A DNA stretch of 64,000 nt from Actinomycetota bacterium (GCA_015711955.1 MU158684.1:11815-75814); one strand, 5' to 3'; counted from the stretch's first letter, positions 46,859 through 59,512 are shown. Numbers and translations: made by a program. Notes: a model not told the origin generated them from the sequence alone.

Positions 46859-47620
46859 ATGGCGAAGTCTTCCTCCGAGCATGAAGGCCCTCTCGGTGAC
46901 GGGCACTGCGGCCCCTCGGCCTCCGATGACGAGATGTATAAAAAACAGGTGGAGGCATTGGCCGAGGTGAGTCGGGCCATCGTCTCCGACCTTTACCTCG
47001 AGGACATCCTCAAGCTCATAGTGATGGTCACTGCCGAGCTTATGGGGTCTAAGATCGTTTCCATAATGCTGCTCGACGAGAAGACCGAGACGCTCCACAC
47101 CAAGGCCACCCAGGCGGTCAGCGAGGCATACCTGAAAAAACCCCCTTTGCCCTTGGGGAAGGGCATCGCCGGCTTGGCGGCCAAAGAGGGCCGACCCATC
47201 CAGGTCCTGGACGTGCGCCAGGATCCCCGCTATTTCAACAAGGAGATAGCGGAACGTGAGAACCTGTGCTCGCTTTTGAGTGTCCCCATGAAAGTGAAGG
47301 GCAAGGTCATCGGCGTGTTGAGCTGTTATACCTCCGCCCCCCACGTCTTCAGCGAGCACGAGGTGAACCTGCTCACCGCCCTGGCCAACCAGGCGGCGGT
47401 GGCCATAGAGAACGCCCAGCTCATGGTGAAGTCCCGCATCATCCAAGAGGAGCTGGAGACCCGTAAGCTGGTGGAGAGGGCCAAGGATATCCTGGCCCGT
47501 AACCTGGGGATTGACGGGGACCGGGCTTACCGACTGATGCAGAAACGCTCCATGGACACCAGGAAGAGCATGAGGGAGATAGCGGAGGCCGTCATCCTCG
47601 CCGACCTGAGCGAGAGATGA
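46859..47620 (+). CDS. GAF-ANTAR RNA-binding antitermination regulator
   Basis: The GAF block is GKGIAGLAAKEGRPIQVLDVRQDPRY...VIGVLSCY. The C-terminal ANTAR block is LETRKLVERAKDILARNLGIDGDRAYRLMQKRSMDTRKSMREIAEAVI. Confidence 0.85.
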   Translation: MAKSSSEHEGPLGDGHCGPSASDDEMYKKQVEALAEVSRAIVSDLYLEDILKLIVMVTAELMGSKIVSIMLLDEKTETLHTKATQAVSEAYLKKPPLPLGKGIAGLAAKEGRPIQVLDVRQDPRYFNKEIAERENLCSLLSVPMKVKGKVIGVLSCYTSAPHVFSEHEVNLLTALANQAAVAIENAQLMVKSRIIQEELETRKLVERAKDILARNLGIDGDRAYRLMQKRSMDTRKSMREIAEAVILADLSER

Positions 47621-47649
47621 CGGCCTCCGAGCTATTTAGCGCTAAAGCC

Positions 47650-49230
47650 TCATCCCTTGAGTATTTTCCAGGCCTCCTCCTTGTCAAGCTCCATCACGTA
47701 AGGGATGCCAGATATCTCCGCCGCCTCCTTCGTGAGGGCCGCGATGTCGTCGCGGGTGATGTACTGCAGTGCGAACTTGCGTGCCCCGCACATCAGCTGG
47801 GCCAGGCCCTGGGCCAGCCTCTGGAAATAGGTGTAGACGCCTATGGCCCCGGCGGGCAGCCTGTCGAAGTCCTTGCCCAGCTTCTCCCTGAGCAAGACAC
47901 CCGTGTAGAAGATCTCTTCCATGGTTTTACCGTAACGCTCGAGGTAGACAGGTAAATCGCCCTCCTGGATCCTCTTGCCCACCGTCTTGCCCACCATGGC
48001 TGCGCACAGGGGACCCCTCGCCATGCCGATGGCCTTGACGTAGGGAGCTCCGAGGGCCAGTCCCTTGAAGATTTGGTCCTCGAGGACAAAGCCTCCGGCG
48101 AAGGCGATGGCCGGCACGTATTTGCCCTGTTTGGCAAGGTAATCCACGAACTGGTAGGTCAGACAACAGAGCTCCACCGTGGGTATGCCCCACTCGTTCA
48201 TCATCCTCCAAGGGCTCATCCCCGTCCCGCCCCCGGCGCCGTCTACGGTCAGCAGGTCGATGCGATGGTCCGAGGCGTACTTAACCGCCCGAGCCAGGTC
48301 CACCGGTCGATATGCCCCGGTCTTGAGGAAGATCCTCTTAGCGCCCATTTCCCGCAGTTCCTTGACGCTTTGGGCGAAACCCTCCTCGGTGACCATCCCC
48401 AGCCTGGAATGCCTTTCGAACTCCCTGATGCCGCCGGCGTTGTAGGCCTTGACCACGTCAGGATCGTCTGGGTCAGGAAGGACTATGTAACCTTTCTTTT
48501 TGAGCGAACGGGCCTTGTCGATGGAGCTGACCTTGACCTCGCCGCCGATGTCTTTCGCTCCCTGCCCCCATTTGAGTTCCACCGTCTCCACGCCGAGTTT
48601 GGTTATGACGTACTCGGGCACTCCCAGTTTGGTGTCCTCCACGTTGAACTGGACCACTACTTCGCCGTACCCATCTTGCTGCCACTCCCGGAAACACCGG
48701 ATGCGGTGTTCCATGTCAGGGGATCTCACCACCTTGCCGTTCTTTATCTCCGCCTGGTCGTCCATGCCGCATATGTTCTCCCCCACGGTTAGGACGCATC
48801 CGGAAAGGGCGACTCCGCCCGCCAGGCCCTCCCAGTTCCTCTTGGCCACCATGGTGGAGCCCAACCCGGGAACGACGATGGGGAGCCTCAGTTTTATGGG
48901 GTGTCGGTCGCCGATGGAGCTCTCCAGGTTGACGTTGGTGAATATCGCGTGATCGCTGTCGGCGGGCACGCCGTGGGCGCCTGCGGCGGTGCCCATGATG
49001 CTGAAGTGGGATAGGTCGATGGGGTAATCCTTCTCCGACGCGGCGGTGATTATGCCGAAAGGCTGTGGGTATATGAGTTCGGGTCCTCGATAGGCGGATT
49101 TGCCTATCTCGCACATCCCTATGCATCCCTCCACGCAGGTGGCGCACATTCCGCTGAAGGGGCTTATGCTGTCGGGGGTTCTGTTCTTTGACAGGGTCGC
49201 CGCGGAACGGTTGTACTTGCTCATGGTCAT
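47650..49230 (-). CDS. Glutamate-synthase central-domain-like FMN/Fe-S oxidoreductase (no amidotransferase domain)
   Basis: The N-terminal Cys cluster is CATCVEGCIGMC. The GltB-domain-2 pattern is ELKWGQGAKDIGGE...LTVDGAGGGTGMSP...GIPT...IAFAGGF. Confidence 0.85.
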   Translation of the reverse strand: MTMSKYNRSAATLSKNRTPDSISPFSGMCATCVEGCIGMCEIGKSAYRGPELIYPQPFGIITAASEKDYPIDLSHFSIMGTAAGAHGVPADSDHAIFTNVNLESSIGDRHPIKLRLPIVVPGLGSTMVAKRNWEGLAGGVALSGCVLTVGENICGMDDQAEIKNGKVVRSPDMEHRIRCFREWQQDGYGEVVVQFNVEDTKLGVPEYVITKLGVETVELKWGQGAKDIGGEVKVSSIDKARSLKKKGYIVLPDPDDPDVVKAYNAGGIREFERHSRLGMVTEEGFAQSVKELREMGAKRIFLKTGAYRPVDLARAVKYASDHRIDLLTVDGAGGGTGMSPWRMMNEWGIPTVELCCLTYQFVDYLAKQGKYVPAIAFAGGFVLEDQIFKGLALGAPYVKAIGMARGPLCAAMVGKTVGKRIQEGDLPVYLERYGKTMEEIFYTGVLLREKLGKDFDRLPAGAIGVYTYFQRLAQGLAQLMCGARKFALQYITRDDIAALTKEAAEISGIPYVMELDKEEAWKILKG

Positions 49231-49253
49231 GGCTCAGATTCCTCCTCTCCTGA

Positions 49254-49877
49254 TCAGTCCTTGCTGGGAAATGCTTCTATTTGCACCGTGTCTAGGCAGG
49301 AATTGCAGAGTTGGCCGGGTCTCAACGGTCCCGGGCAAGGGAGCTCGCATACGGGACACACGTAAAGACAGGCACCGCATTCCCGGCATTCCTCGGAGCG
49401 GGAGTGGAAGGGCATGGCCACTTCCCTCTGCGTGCCCCGGTTGGCGAAGCCTATGGCACCGGCCTGCATCTGTTCCTTGCACATGCGGACGCAAAGACCG
49501 CACAGGATGCACCCTCTGTCCTCGGGCCTGAACCTGATCTTGGTGACGCCGTACTTGCTGGCCAAACATTGCAAGGTCCGGGAATTTGGGCAGGAGGCCA
49601 GCAGCAGTTCTATGATGACCTTGCGGGCCCTCCTTACCTTCTCCGAATTGGTCCGGACCTCAATGCCTTCCTGGACGGGATAAGAGCATGAGGCGGATAG
49701 CCTGGAGCGCCCACCCCGGATGATCTCGACTATGCAGAGGCGGCAGGAACTGTAAGGCGTTAGCCCCTCCATGTAACACAGGGTGGGGATCTCTATGCCG
49801 TAGTGCCTGGCTGTCTCCAATACCGTCCATCCTTTTTCGGCTTCCACCGAACGCCCATCGATGACAAACCTGACCAT
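49254..49877 (-). CDS. 2Fe-2S plus 2x[4Fe-4S] electron-transfer protein (NuoG/HydA N-terminal-like)
   Basis: FVIDGRSVEAEKGWTVLE...IPTLCY...SCRLCIVEI is the plant-type ferredoxin part. CILCGLCVRMC and CRECGACLYVCP follow. Confidence 0.8.
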   Translation of the reverse strand: MVRFVIDGRSVEAEKGWTVLETARHYGIEIPTLCYMEGLTPYSSCRLCIVEIIRGGRSRLSASCSYPVQEGIEVRTNSEKVRRARKVIIELLLASCPNSRTLQCLASKYGVTKIRFRPEDRGCILCGLCVRMCKEQMQAGAIGFANRGTQREVAMPFHSRSEECRECGACLYVCPVCELPCPGPLRPGQLCNSCLDTVQIEAFPSKD

Positions 49878-49881
49878 ACTA

Positions 49882-51741
49882 TCACTTCCTTACCACCGCT
49901 TGGAATTCGCAAACCTCGAGGCAAATACCGCATTTCTCGCACTTTTCCCCTATGACGTGATGAGGTTTCTTCTTCTCCCCGCTTATGGCTCCCACCGGGC
50001 AGGCCTTCTTGCATCTCATACATCCGGTGCACTTGTCTTGGTCGATGGAATAACTCACCAGTGCTTTGCACACGCCGGCGCGGCATTTCCTCTCCAAGAT
50101 GTGTTCCCTGTATTCCTCTCCGAAGTACCTGAGGGTGGAAAGCACGGGATTGGCGGCCGTTTGGCCGAGGCCGCAAAGGGAGGTGTCCCTCATCACCTCG
50201 GCGAGCTCCTGAAGTATCTCCAGCTGTTCGGGGCTTCCTTGGCCTCCGGTTATGTCGTCCAAGATATAGAGCATCTGCTTCAGCCCCTCCCTGCAGGGAA
50301 CGCACTTGCCGCAAGACTCACCGCAGAGGAAGTCCACGAAGAAGCGGGCGATGTCCACCATGCAGGTGCCCTCGTCCATCACTATCATGCCGCCGGAACC
50401 CATCATGGACCCCACGTCGTAGAGGCTGTCGAAATCCACCGGCGTGTCGAGAAGTTGTTCCGGGATACACCCCCCGGAGGGACCCCCAGTCTGAACCGCT
50501 TTGAACCTTTTTCCGTTGGGCATCCCCCCACCGATGTCGAAGATGATCTCGCGGAGAGAGATTCCCATGGGCACCTCCACCAGACCGGTGTTCCTTATCT
50601 TGCCCACCAGGGAGAAGATCTTTGTTCCCTTGCTCCGTTCCGTTCCCAGTTTCGCGTATTCCTCGGCGCCCATGTTGATGATGACGGGGACGTTTGCCCA
50701 CGTCTCCACGTTGTTGAGGTTGGTGGGCCTGTCGTATAGGCCCCTCTCTGCGGTGTGGATGTGCTTCACTCGGGGCTCGCCGAGACGGCCCTCGATGGAA
50801 GCCATGAGGGCGGTGGACTCACCGCACACGAAGGCGCCGCCCCCAATGCTCACGTGAACATCGAAGTCGAAGCCGGAGCCCATGATGTCCTTGCCGAGAA
50901 AACCCATCTCGCGGGCCTGCTCGATGGCGGTGTAGAGGTTCTCCACCGCCAAAGGGTACTCGTGCCTCACGTACACGTAGCCCTCGCAGGCCCCTATGGC
51001 GTAAGCGCCGATGATCATTCCCTCCAGGACCAGTTGTGGGTTTCCCTCCAGAAGGCTTCGGTCCATGTAGGCTCCGGGGTCTCCCTCGTCCGCGTTGCAG
51101 AGGACGTACTTGATGCCGTCCCGGGATCGGGCCCGTCGGGTGGCAGCCCACTTTTCGGCGGTAGGGAAACCGGCTCCTCCCCTTCCTCTGAGACCGGCCC
51201 TTCTCACCTCTTCTATGATCTGCTCCGGCTCCATCCGGAAAAGGGCCTTGGAGAGGGCGGAATAACCGCCTATGGCGATGTAATCATCGATGTTCTTGGG
51301 ATCCACGCTCTCGTTCATCCCTAAAAGGAGGCGCACCTGTTTTTTGTAGAACGGCACCTCGGACATGGTAAGACAGGCATCCCCGGACCTGGGGTCCACA
51401 TAGAGCTTCTCCCTTACGATTTCTCCGTCCAGGAGGGTCTTGGTTATTAGGTCCCTCACCTCCCCGACCTTTACCCGCGTATAGAAAATGTCTTGAGGCT
51501 TGACTATCATGATGGGTCCCATCTCGCAGAACCCGTGGCAGCCCGTGTACCTCAGGGCTACCCGGTCTTGGATCCCCAGTTCCTCGAAGACCTTCCTCGT
51601 CTCCTCGTATACGGCGTTACAGCCCTGAGCCCTGCAGCCCGTACCCCCGCACAAGATCAAGACGCGTTCATATCGGCGCCGCTCATCCGCCAGATTTTTC
51701 CTGAGTTCTTCCAAAGCCGCGGGCGTCTCTATCCTAACCAT
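49882..51741 (-). CDS. NuoF-like NADH-binding flavoprotein of the HydB/HndC type (N-terminal Trx-like 2Fe-2S, C-terminal 2x[4Fe-4S])
   Basis: GLRGRGGAGFPT, NADEGDPGAY, the N3 cluster ESCGKCVPCREG...LCGLG, the C-terminal CTGCMRCKKACP / CEKCGICLEVC and the N-terminal CGGTGCRAQG...CHGFCEMGP are present. Confidence 0.9.
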   Translation of the reverse strand: MVRIETPAALEELRKNLADERRRYERVLILCGGTGCRAQGCNAVYEETRKVFEELGIQDRVALRYTGCHGFCEMGPIMIVKPQDIFYTRVKVGEVRDLITKTLLDGEIVREKLYVDPRSGDACLTMSEVPFYKKQVRLLLGMNESVDPKNIDDYIAIGGYSALSKALFRMEPEQIIEEVRRAGLRGRGGAGFPTAEKWAATRRARSRDGIKYVLCNADEGDPGAYMDRSLLEGNPQLVLEGMIIGAYAIGACEGYVYVRHEYPLAVENLYTAIEQAREMGFLGKDIMGSGFDFDVHVSIGGGAFVCGESTALMASIEGRLGEPRVKHIHTAERGLYDRPTNLNNVETWANVPVIINMGAEEYAKLGTERSKGTKIFSLVGKIRNTGLVEVPMGISLREIIFDIGGGMPNGKRFKAVQTGGPSGGCIPEQLLDTPVDFDSLYDVGSMMGSGGMIVMDEGTCMVDIARFFVDFLCGESCGKCVPCREGLKQMLYILDDITGGQGSPEQLEILQELAEVMRDTSLCGLGQTAANPVLSTLRYFGEEYREHILERKCRAGVCKALVSYSIDQDKCTGCMRCKKACPVGAISGEKKKPHHVIGEKCEKCGICLEVCEFQAVVRK

Positions 51742-51742
51742 G

Positions 51743-52216
51743 TCAGTCCTTTCCCTCCCCCTCCATCAGCCGCTGGACTATTTTTTTCGCTCGAGCCGGG
51801 GTGACCTCGCCGAGATATTCCCCGTCTATGATCACCACCGGGCCTAAGGCACAGGCTCCGACGCAGTTGACAGTTTCCAGGGAGAACATCATGTCGTCCG
51901 TGGTCTGTCCTGGCTCGATGCCAAGGCAGCGTCGAAGCTCGTCCAGCACGCCTTGGGAATTCCTCACGTGGCAGGCGGTGCCCATGCAGCAGGTGATGGT
52001 ATGTTTGCCCTTGGGCTCCAGGGAGAAGGCCTTGAAGAAGGTGGCCACGCCGTAAAGGTCCGTCATGGGTATGCCCATGGCCTTTGATATGTTTCGCAGC
52101 GCCTTCTCCGGAAGGTAATGATATTCCCGCTGAGTCTCGTGGAGAATCTGTATCAGGCAGCTTCTCCTCCCCCCGTATTTCTCGACCGCAGCAAGTTCAG
52201 GCGCCTTCTGCTCCAT
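51743..52216 (-). CDS. NuoE-like thioredoxin-fold [2Fe-2S] subunit (HydC/HndA type)
   Basis: LIQILHETQ...ATFFKAF...ITCCMGTACHV...VNCVGACALGPVV. ATG at 52216 after GGAGGAGG. Confidence 0.85.
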   Translation of the reverse strand: MEQKAPELAAVEKYGGRRSCLIQILHETQREYHYLPEKALRNISKAMGIPMTDLYGVATFFKAFSLEPKGKHTITCCMGTACHVRNSQGVLDELRRCLGIEPGQTTDDMMFSLETVNCVGACALGPVVIIDGEYLGEVTPARAKKIVQRLMEGEGKD

Positions 52217-52243
52217 CGCCTCCTCCAAATCTCTCAAGTCCTC

Positions 52244-52290
52244 AAGAAAATAAAGAGACGATCATCCTCTCCGGACAGCATCGTCTCTTT
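52244..52290 (-). terminator. Leader (attenuator) terminator between the promoter and the RBS of the NuoE-like gene
   Basis: Minus strand AAAGAGACGAT-17 nt-ATCGTCTCTTT (11-bp perfect stem) is followed by ATTTTCTT. It lies about 20 nt upstream of the SD. Confidence 0.65.
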
Positions 52291-52293
52291 CGT

Positions 52294-52310
52294 CGCACCC
52301 CGTTGTGCGC
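52294..52310 (-). promoter_or_regulatory. Hairpin with AxxG hexaloop (ANTAR-substrate-like)
   Basis: Minus strand GCGCAC-AACGGG-GTGCG ends 3 nt upstream of the left arm of the terminator. Confidence 0.4.
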
Positions 52311-52322
52311 AGTTTGCAGGAA

Positions 52323-52352
52323 ATTGTATCCGCTCGTCGTCGGGCGCGTCAA
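52323..52352 (-). promoter_or_regulatory. Candidate sigma-70 promoter of the four-gene operon
   Basis: Minus strand reads TTGACG-N18-TACAAT. Confidence 0.5.
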
Positions 52353-52427
52353 CCATTCTCTCGCATGGCTTCGATGTTGGCTTTGGGATCTGACTCTGAC
52401 CCAAAGGCCAGGACGCGCAGACCCTCC

Positions 52428-52453
52428 ACTTCGTCCGATCACTTCGTCCGATC
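52428..52453. repeat. Perfect 13-bp tandem duplication ACTTCGTCCGATC x2
   Basis: Read directly from the sequence. It lies in the divergent region between the NuoE-like operon and carA. Confidence 0.85.
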
Positions 52454-52726
52454 AAGGTCGGGATGGTAAAGATTGGATAAACATCTATTGTGTAGGACGC
52501 CTTTTGACAAAGGGAGTGCCCCTCTCATAAAACGTCTCGACGTCCGACCCCAGACCTCAGCGTCGATTTGCGTTATCCGAGAAGTCCCGTTTTGGCGTGT
52601 CGGGCGATCGTGGGCGCGGGATGCCCGATCACGGGCCGTGGGCACATTGATGTTTCATCTTCCCAACCACGGGACGGGACCCTATAATACACCGAAGAAC
52701 ATGGGCCGAGAGGGAAATACACGAGG

Positions 52727-53863
52727 ATGGACAGAGCGATAATCCTGCTGGAAGACGGAAAACACTTCACGGGAAAGCCCTTCGGGGCAAGGGGCCTGAG
52801 GACGGGAGAGATAGTCTTCAACACCAGCATGACCGGTTACCAGGAGATCCTCACCGACCCCTCCTATAAGGGCCAGATCGTGACTATGACCTATCCCCTC
52901 ATCGGGAATTACGGCGTGAACGCCGAGGACGAGGAGTCCGTTGGACCCCAGGTGGAGGGTTTCGTGGTGAAGGAGTGCTGCCGGAGGCCCTCCAATTGGC
53001 GGGCCACCCACACCCTGGACGAATATCTCAAGGAACACGGGGTGGTGGGCGTGGAGGACGTAGATACCAGGGCCCTCACCAGGCACATCCGCTCGGTGGG
53101 GGCCATGAAATGCGTCATCTGCAACGAGGACGCTGAGCTGCGCGAACTACGGCAGATTCTGGAAAGGGCGCCTGGCATCGTGGGGAGAGACCTGGTGAGG
53201 GAGGTCACCTGCGCCGAACCATATCGCTGGGAGCCGGAGCCCCTCCCCCCTATGGGGAGGGGCGTTTTTCCAATGGTGGAAAGAACGGACCCCCCACTTC
53301 AAGTGGTGGCCTACGACTGCGGTATTAAGAAGAACATACTGCGCATCCTCTCCGCTTTGGGTTGCGAGGTGTGGGTGGTGCCTGCGGGGACCACCGCCGA
53401 AGAGGCCCTTTCTTACCAACCGGACGGCATCTTCGTCTCCAATGGACCGGGAGACCCAGCTGGCGTCCCTTACGTGGCGGCAGAGATCCAAAAACTGCTC
53501 GGCAGGAAGCCCATTTTCGGGATCTGCCTCGGCCACCAGCTGCTGGGCATGGCCATGGGCGGCAAGACCTTCAAGTTAAAGTTCGGCCATCGAGGGGCCA
53601 ACCAGCCGGTCAAGGACCTGGTTCGCGGTAATATCCTCATAACATCCCAGAATCACGGGTTCTGTGTGGACATAGAAAGCCTGGGTGGCCAGGCGGAACT
53701 CACTTTCGTGAACCTGAACGACGGGACCTTGGAGGGCATGCGCCATCGAGAGTTCCCCGCCTACTCGGTCCAGTTCCATCCGGAGGATTCCCCGGGACCT
53801 CACGATGCCGTTTACCTTTTCGGTGATTTCATAAGGGACATGATGAAGGCCAGGGGTGAGTAG
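52727..53863 (+). CDS. carA: Carbamoyl-phosphate synthase small (glutaminase) subunit
   Basis: [17 protein letters not shown]...YPLIGNYG and the GATase triad context GICLGHQ...HGF are present. Confidence 0.95.
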   Translation: MDRAIILLEDGKHFTGKPFGARGLRTGEIVFNTSMTGYQEILTDPSYKGQIVTMTYPLIGNYGVNAEDEESVGPQVEGFVVKECCRRPSNWRATHTLDEYLKEHGVVGVEDVDTRALTRHIRSVGAMKCVICNEDAELRELRQILERAPGIVGRDLVREVTCAEPYRWEPEPLPPMGRGVFPMVERTDPPLQVVAYDCGIKKNILRILSALGCEVWVVPAGTTAEEALSYQPDGIFVSNGPGDPAGVPYVAAEIQKLLGRKPIFGICLGHQLLGMAMGGKTFKLKFGHRGANQPVKDLVRGNILITSQNHGFCVDIESLGGQAELTFVNLNDGTLEGMRHREFPAYSVQFHPEDSPGPHDAVYLFGDFIRDMMKARGE

Positions 53864-53864
53864 G

Positions 53865-57137
<3,273 letters not shown>

Positions 57138-57166
57138 AAGGCGTACTAAAACAGGGAATAAAGCCA

Positions 57167-57682
57167 TCACCTTGGGTTTATCGCCCTGCTGAAGGCCGTA
57201 GAGCTTTCCTCGTCAAAATACTCGATGCTGAAGCGATAACCTAAATCTTTCCAGTTAGCGGGAACGTTGTCCCCCCAGAAGGTAAGAATGATTCGCCTGC
57301 TGGCTCCCTTCGGGATGCGGGTGGAGGAACCGGGCGCCTCCTCGCAAAAAGAATTGACGTTCATAGGGGCATAGGTTTGATGGGAAGTTGAAGGGGCAGC
57401 ACCGTAAAGGCTATGGCTTACGACCAGCTGAAAACCGTGGGGATTCACCTGGGCCTCGCGGTCGCCGGTATTTCGGAGGTTTAACTCTACCTGGAACCTC
57501 TTTCCATCCGGGGCCATTACCTCTTCGAAGCTGATCACCTCCAACTTAAGGCTGGGCCTTCCCACCACTTCTCCGGCCACCCTCACCCCCAGGCTCTCCT
57601 TGCCCGCAGCGAAGACCCAGGCGCCAAGGACCAAAAGAACGAAAGGGAAGATAAGTGTTAAAAATATCCTGGATAGACGCAC
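57167..57682 (-). CDS. Membrane-anchored or secreted hypothetical protein (DUF4352-like beta-sandwich suspected)
   Basis: The N-terminal hydrophobic helix is IFLTLIFPFVLLVLGAWVFAA. No catalytic motif is present. Confidence 0.55.
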   Translation of the reverse strand: MRLSRIFLTLIFPFVLLVLGAWVFAAGKESLGVRVAGEVVGRPSLKLEVISFEEVMAPDGKRFQVELNLRNTGDREAQVNPHGFQLVVSHSLYGAAPSTSHQTYAPMNVNSFCEEAPGSSTRIPKGASRRIILTFWGDNVPANWKDLGYRFSIEYFDEESSTAFSRAINPR

Positions 57683-57798
57683 CAGCCACCCCTTTGGTCT
57701 TTAACGTCCTTTTATGCCTTTTTGATACCGGCTCGAGGTGATTATAATTCAAAAGAGGGTTTTGACCAACCGCTAAATTTAATCGCGGGGGGAACGAG

Positions 57799-59502
57799 AT
57801 GGCTGGCCATAGATATTACCTTCGAGTAACCCTTTCCGTCATCTTTGTCTTGACCTTCCTGTGCCTGCAGTTCCCCGGCAGGGTTGAGGGTATGGCGAGC
57901 GCCCCGCAGAATGCCCCTTCCGGGGCGCAGCCTCGGATAAAACACGTGATCCGTCCCACTTTGGGATGTCCCTCTTTCGTCCTAGCGGGAAGTCAGCTGA
58001 AGGTAGACGTGTCCCTCGGAATGACGCTTCCCGATCATCCATATCGCTTCAAGGCGTTCATCACCACCTCCAATGACCCCATACCTATGACCTTAGGCCT
58101 GGAGTTCGAGTCGATGGAGGCGAAAGGAGGTGGGGTTGTCACTCTCGCGTTCCGTGTCCCCGGAGATGCTCCCGAGGACCTTTACGACCTCGAGGTCGTG
58201 CTGGAGTCCCAGGATGGCGTACTACTACGCGATGGGCAGCCTCACGCGGTGAAGGTGCTCAGGCACTTGGATGACGACCTGATTTTAGTCCACTTCACGG
58301 ATACCCAGATTGGAGACCTTCTGAGCGCGGCTAACAACCCTTCCGAATCACTTCCCAACTGGATCACAAGCGCCCCATTCAAAGATCACTGGAAATACTT
58401 ACACAGAGCCATTGACATCATAAACCTGATCAAGCCAGATCTGGTCATCTTGACCGGCGACTTGGTGTACGGCCAACTTTATTTTGGCGAGTATCCTAGG
58501 GAGTACGATTTCATCTACCGTTATCTCCTCCGTTTCGATGTACCGGTGTTCGTGGCGCCAGGAAACCACGACTCCTATAGACAGGCGGAGGATGACGGAA
58601 AGGAGTATTTTCGAAGTCTCCTGGGGCCCACCCAATATTCTTTCGACTATGGACCCATACGTTTCGTGGCCGTGGACACGTACGACTGGCCGGAAATCGA
58701 CCGCTCCGGCTACGGCCTTTTGGTATCCACCTGGGGCGGCCAAGTGAGCAGACGCCAATTGCGCTGGCTTGAGGAGGAGCTCAGGGCCCATGCCCAAAGT
58801 GCCATGCGGGTGATTTTCTGTCATCACAGCCCTGATGACACTTCAGAGTGGCCGCTTTGGGCATGGAGGATCTGTCTTGCGGCTGCCTACCCCTTCCCTC
58901 AGCTTTATTTGAGGTTTCTGTTCGGACTCCTCTATGACCAAGAATGGGTGGGTGAGGGCAGGAGAGAGTTTTTGAGCTTGCTGGAGAGGGGAAAGGTGGA
59001 CCTCTTGCTTGCGGGGCACGTGCATCACGATCGAGTCTCCCGGGACATCAACCGCTACGGGACCGATGTGGTGACCACCACCAGCGCCTCCTTCAACGTG
59101 AAGCCGGGGAAGGCCTATCCAGGATTCAGGGTCGTGACCATACGCGACGGCGTGGTGGTGGATTACGGTTATATGGGCGACTGGTCTCATCCGATATATT
59201 CGAACGGTTTTCCACCTTCTGCCAACCTCGCCCAACAGTTTGAACCCGCCCTTTACGCCACCATAAGTGATGGAAGCGGCGGGGAAGTTCCCTCCAAAGA
59301 GCTCTTGGTCGTCAACCGCTATCTGGAACCCGTTCCCGTGAACGCGGAGTTCGTGCTTCCCGCTGGCAGAGAGTATCGGGTTTCGGGAGGCGAGGTGTGG
59401 CAAATAAGCCCAAGAGGAGACTGGACGGTGCTATACGTCCGTTCGCAGGTTGACGCGACGTCCACTCTCAAGGTCTCGGTTCACAGCGTGAAATCTCCCT
59501 AA
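57799..59502 (+). CDS. Secreted or membrane-anchored calcineurin-like metallophosphoesterase
   Basis: The N-terminal signal or anchor is followed by the motifs HFTDTQ, LTGDLV, APGNHD, CHHSP and AGHVHHD. Confidence 0.8.
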   Translation: MAGHRYYLRVTLSVIFVLTFLCLQFPGRVEGMASAPQNAPSGAQPRIKHVIRPTLGCPSFVLAGSQLKVDVSLGMTLPDHPYRFKAFITTSNDPIPMTLGLEFESMEAKGGGVVTLAFRVPGDAPEDLYDLEVVLESQDGVLLRDGQPHAVKVLRHLDDDLILVHFTDTQIGDLLSAANNPSESLPNWITSAPFKDHWKYLHRAIDIINLIKPDLVILTGDLVYGQLYFGEYPREYDFIYRYLLRFDVPVFVAPGNHDSYRQAEDDGKEYFRSLLGPTQYSFDYGPIRFVAVDTYDWPEIDRSGYGLLVSTWGGQVSRRQLRWLEEELRAHAQSAMRVIFCHHSPDDTSEWPLWAWRICLAAAYPFPQLYLRFLFGLLYDQEWVGEGRREFLSLLERGKVDLLLAGHVHHDRVSRDINRYGTDVVTTTSASFNVKPGKAYPGFRVVTIRDGVVVDYGYMGDWSHPIYSNGFPPSANLAQQFEPALYATISDGSGGEVPSKELLVVNRYLEPVPVNAEFVLPAGREYRVSGGEVWQISPRGDWTVLYVRSQVDATSTLKVSVHSVKSP

Positions 59503-59512
59503 AGGTTCCTCC

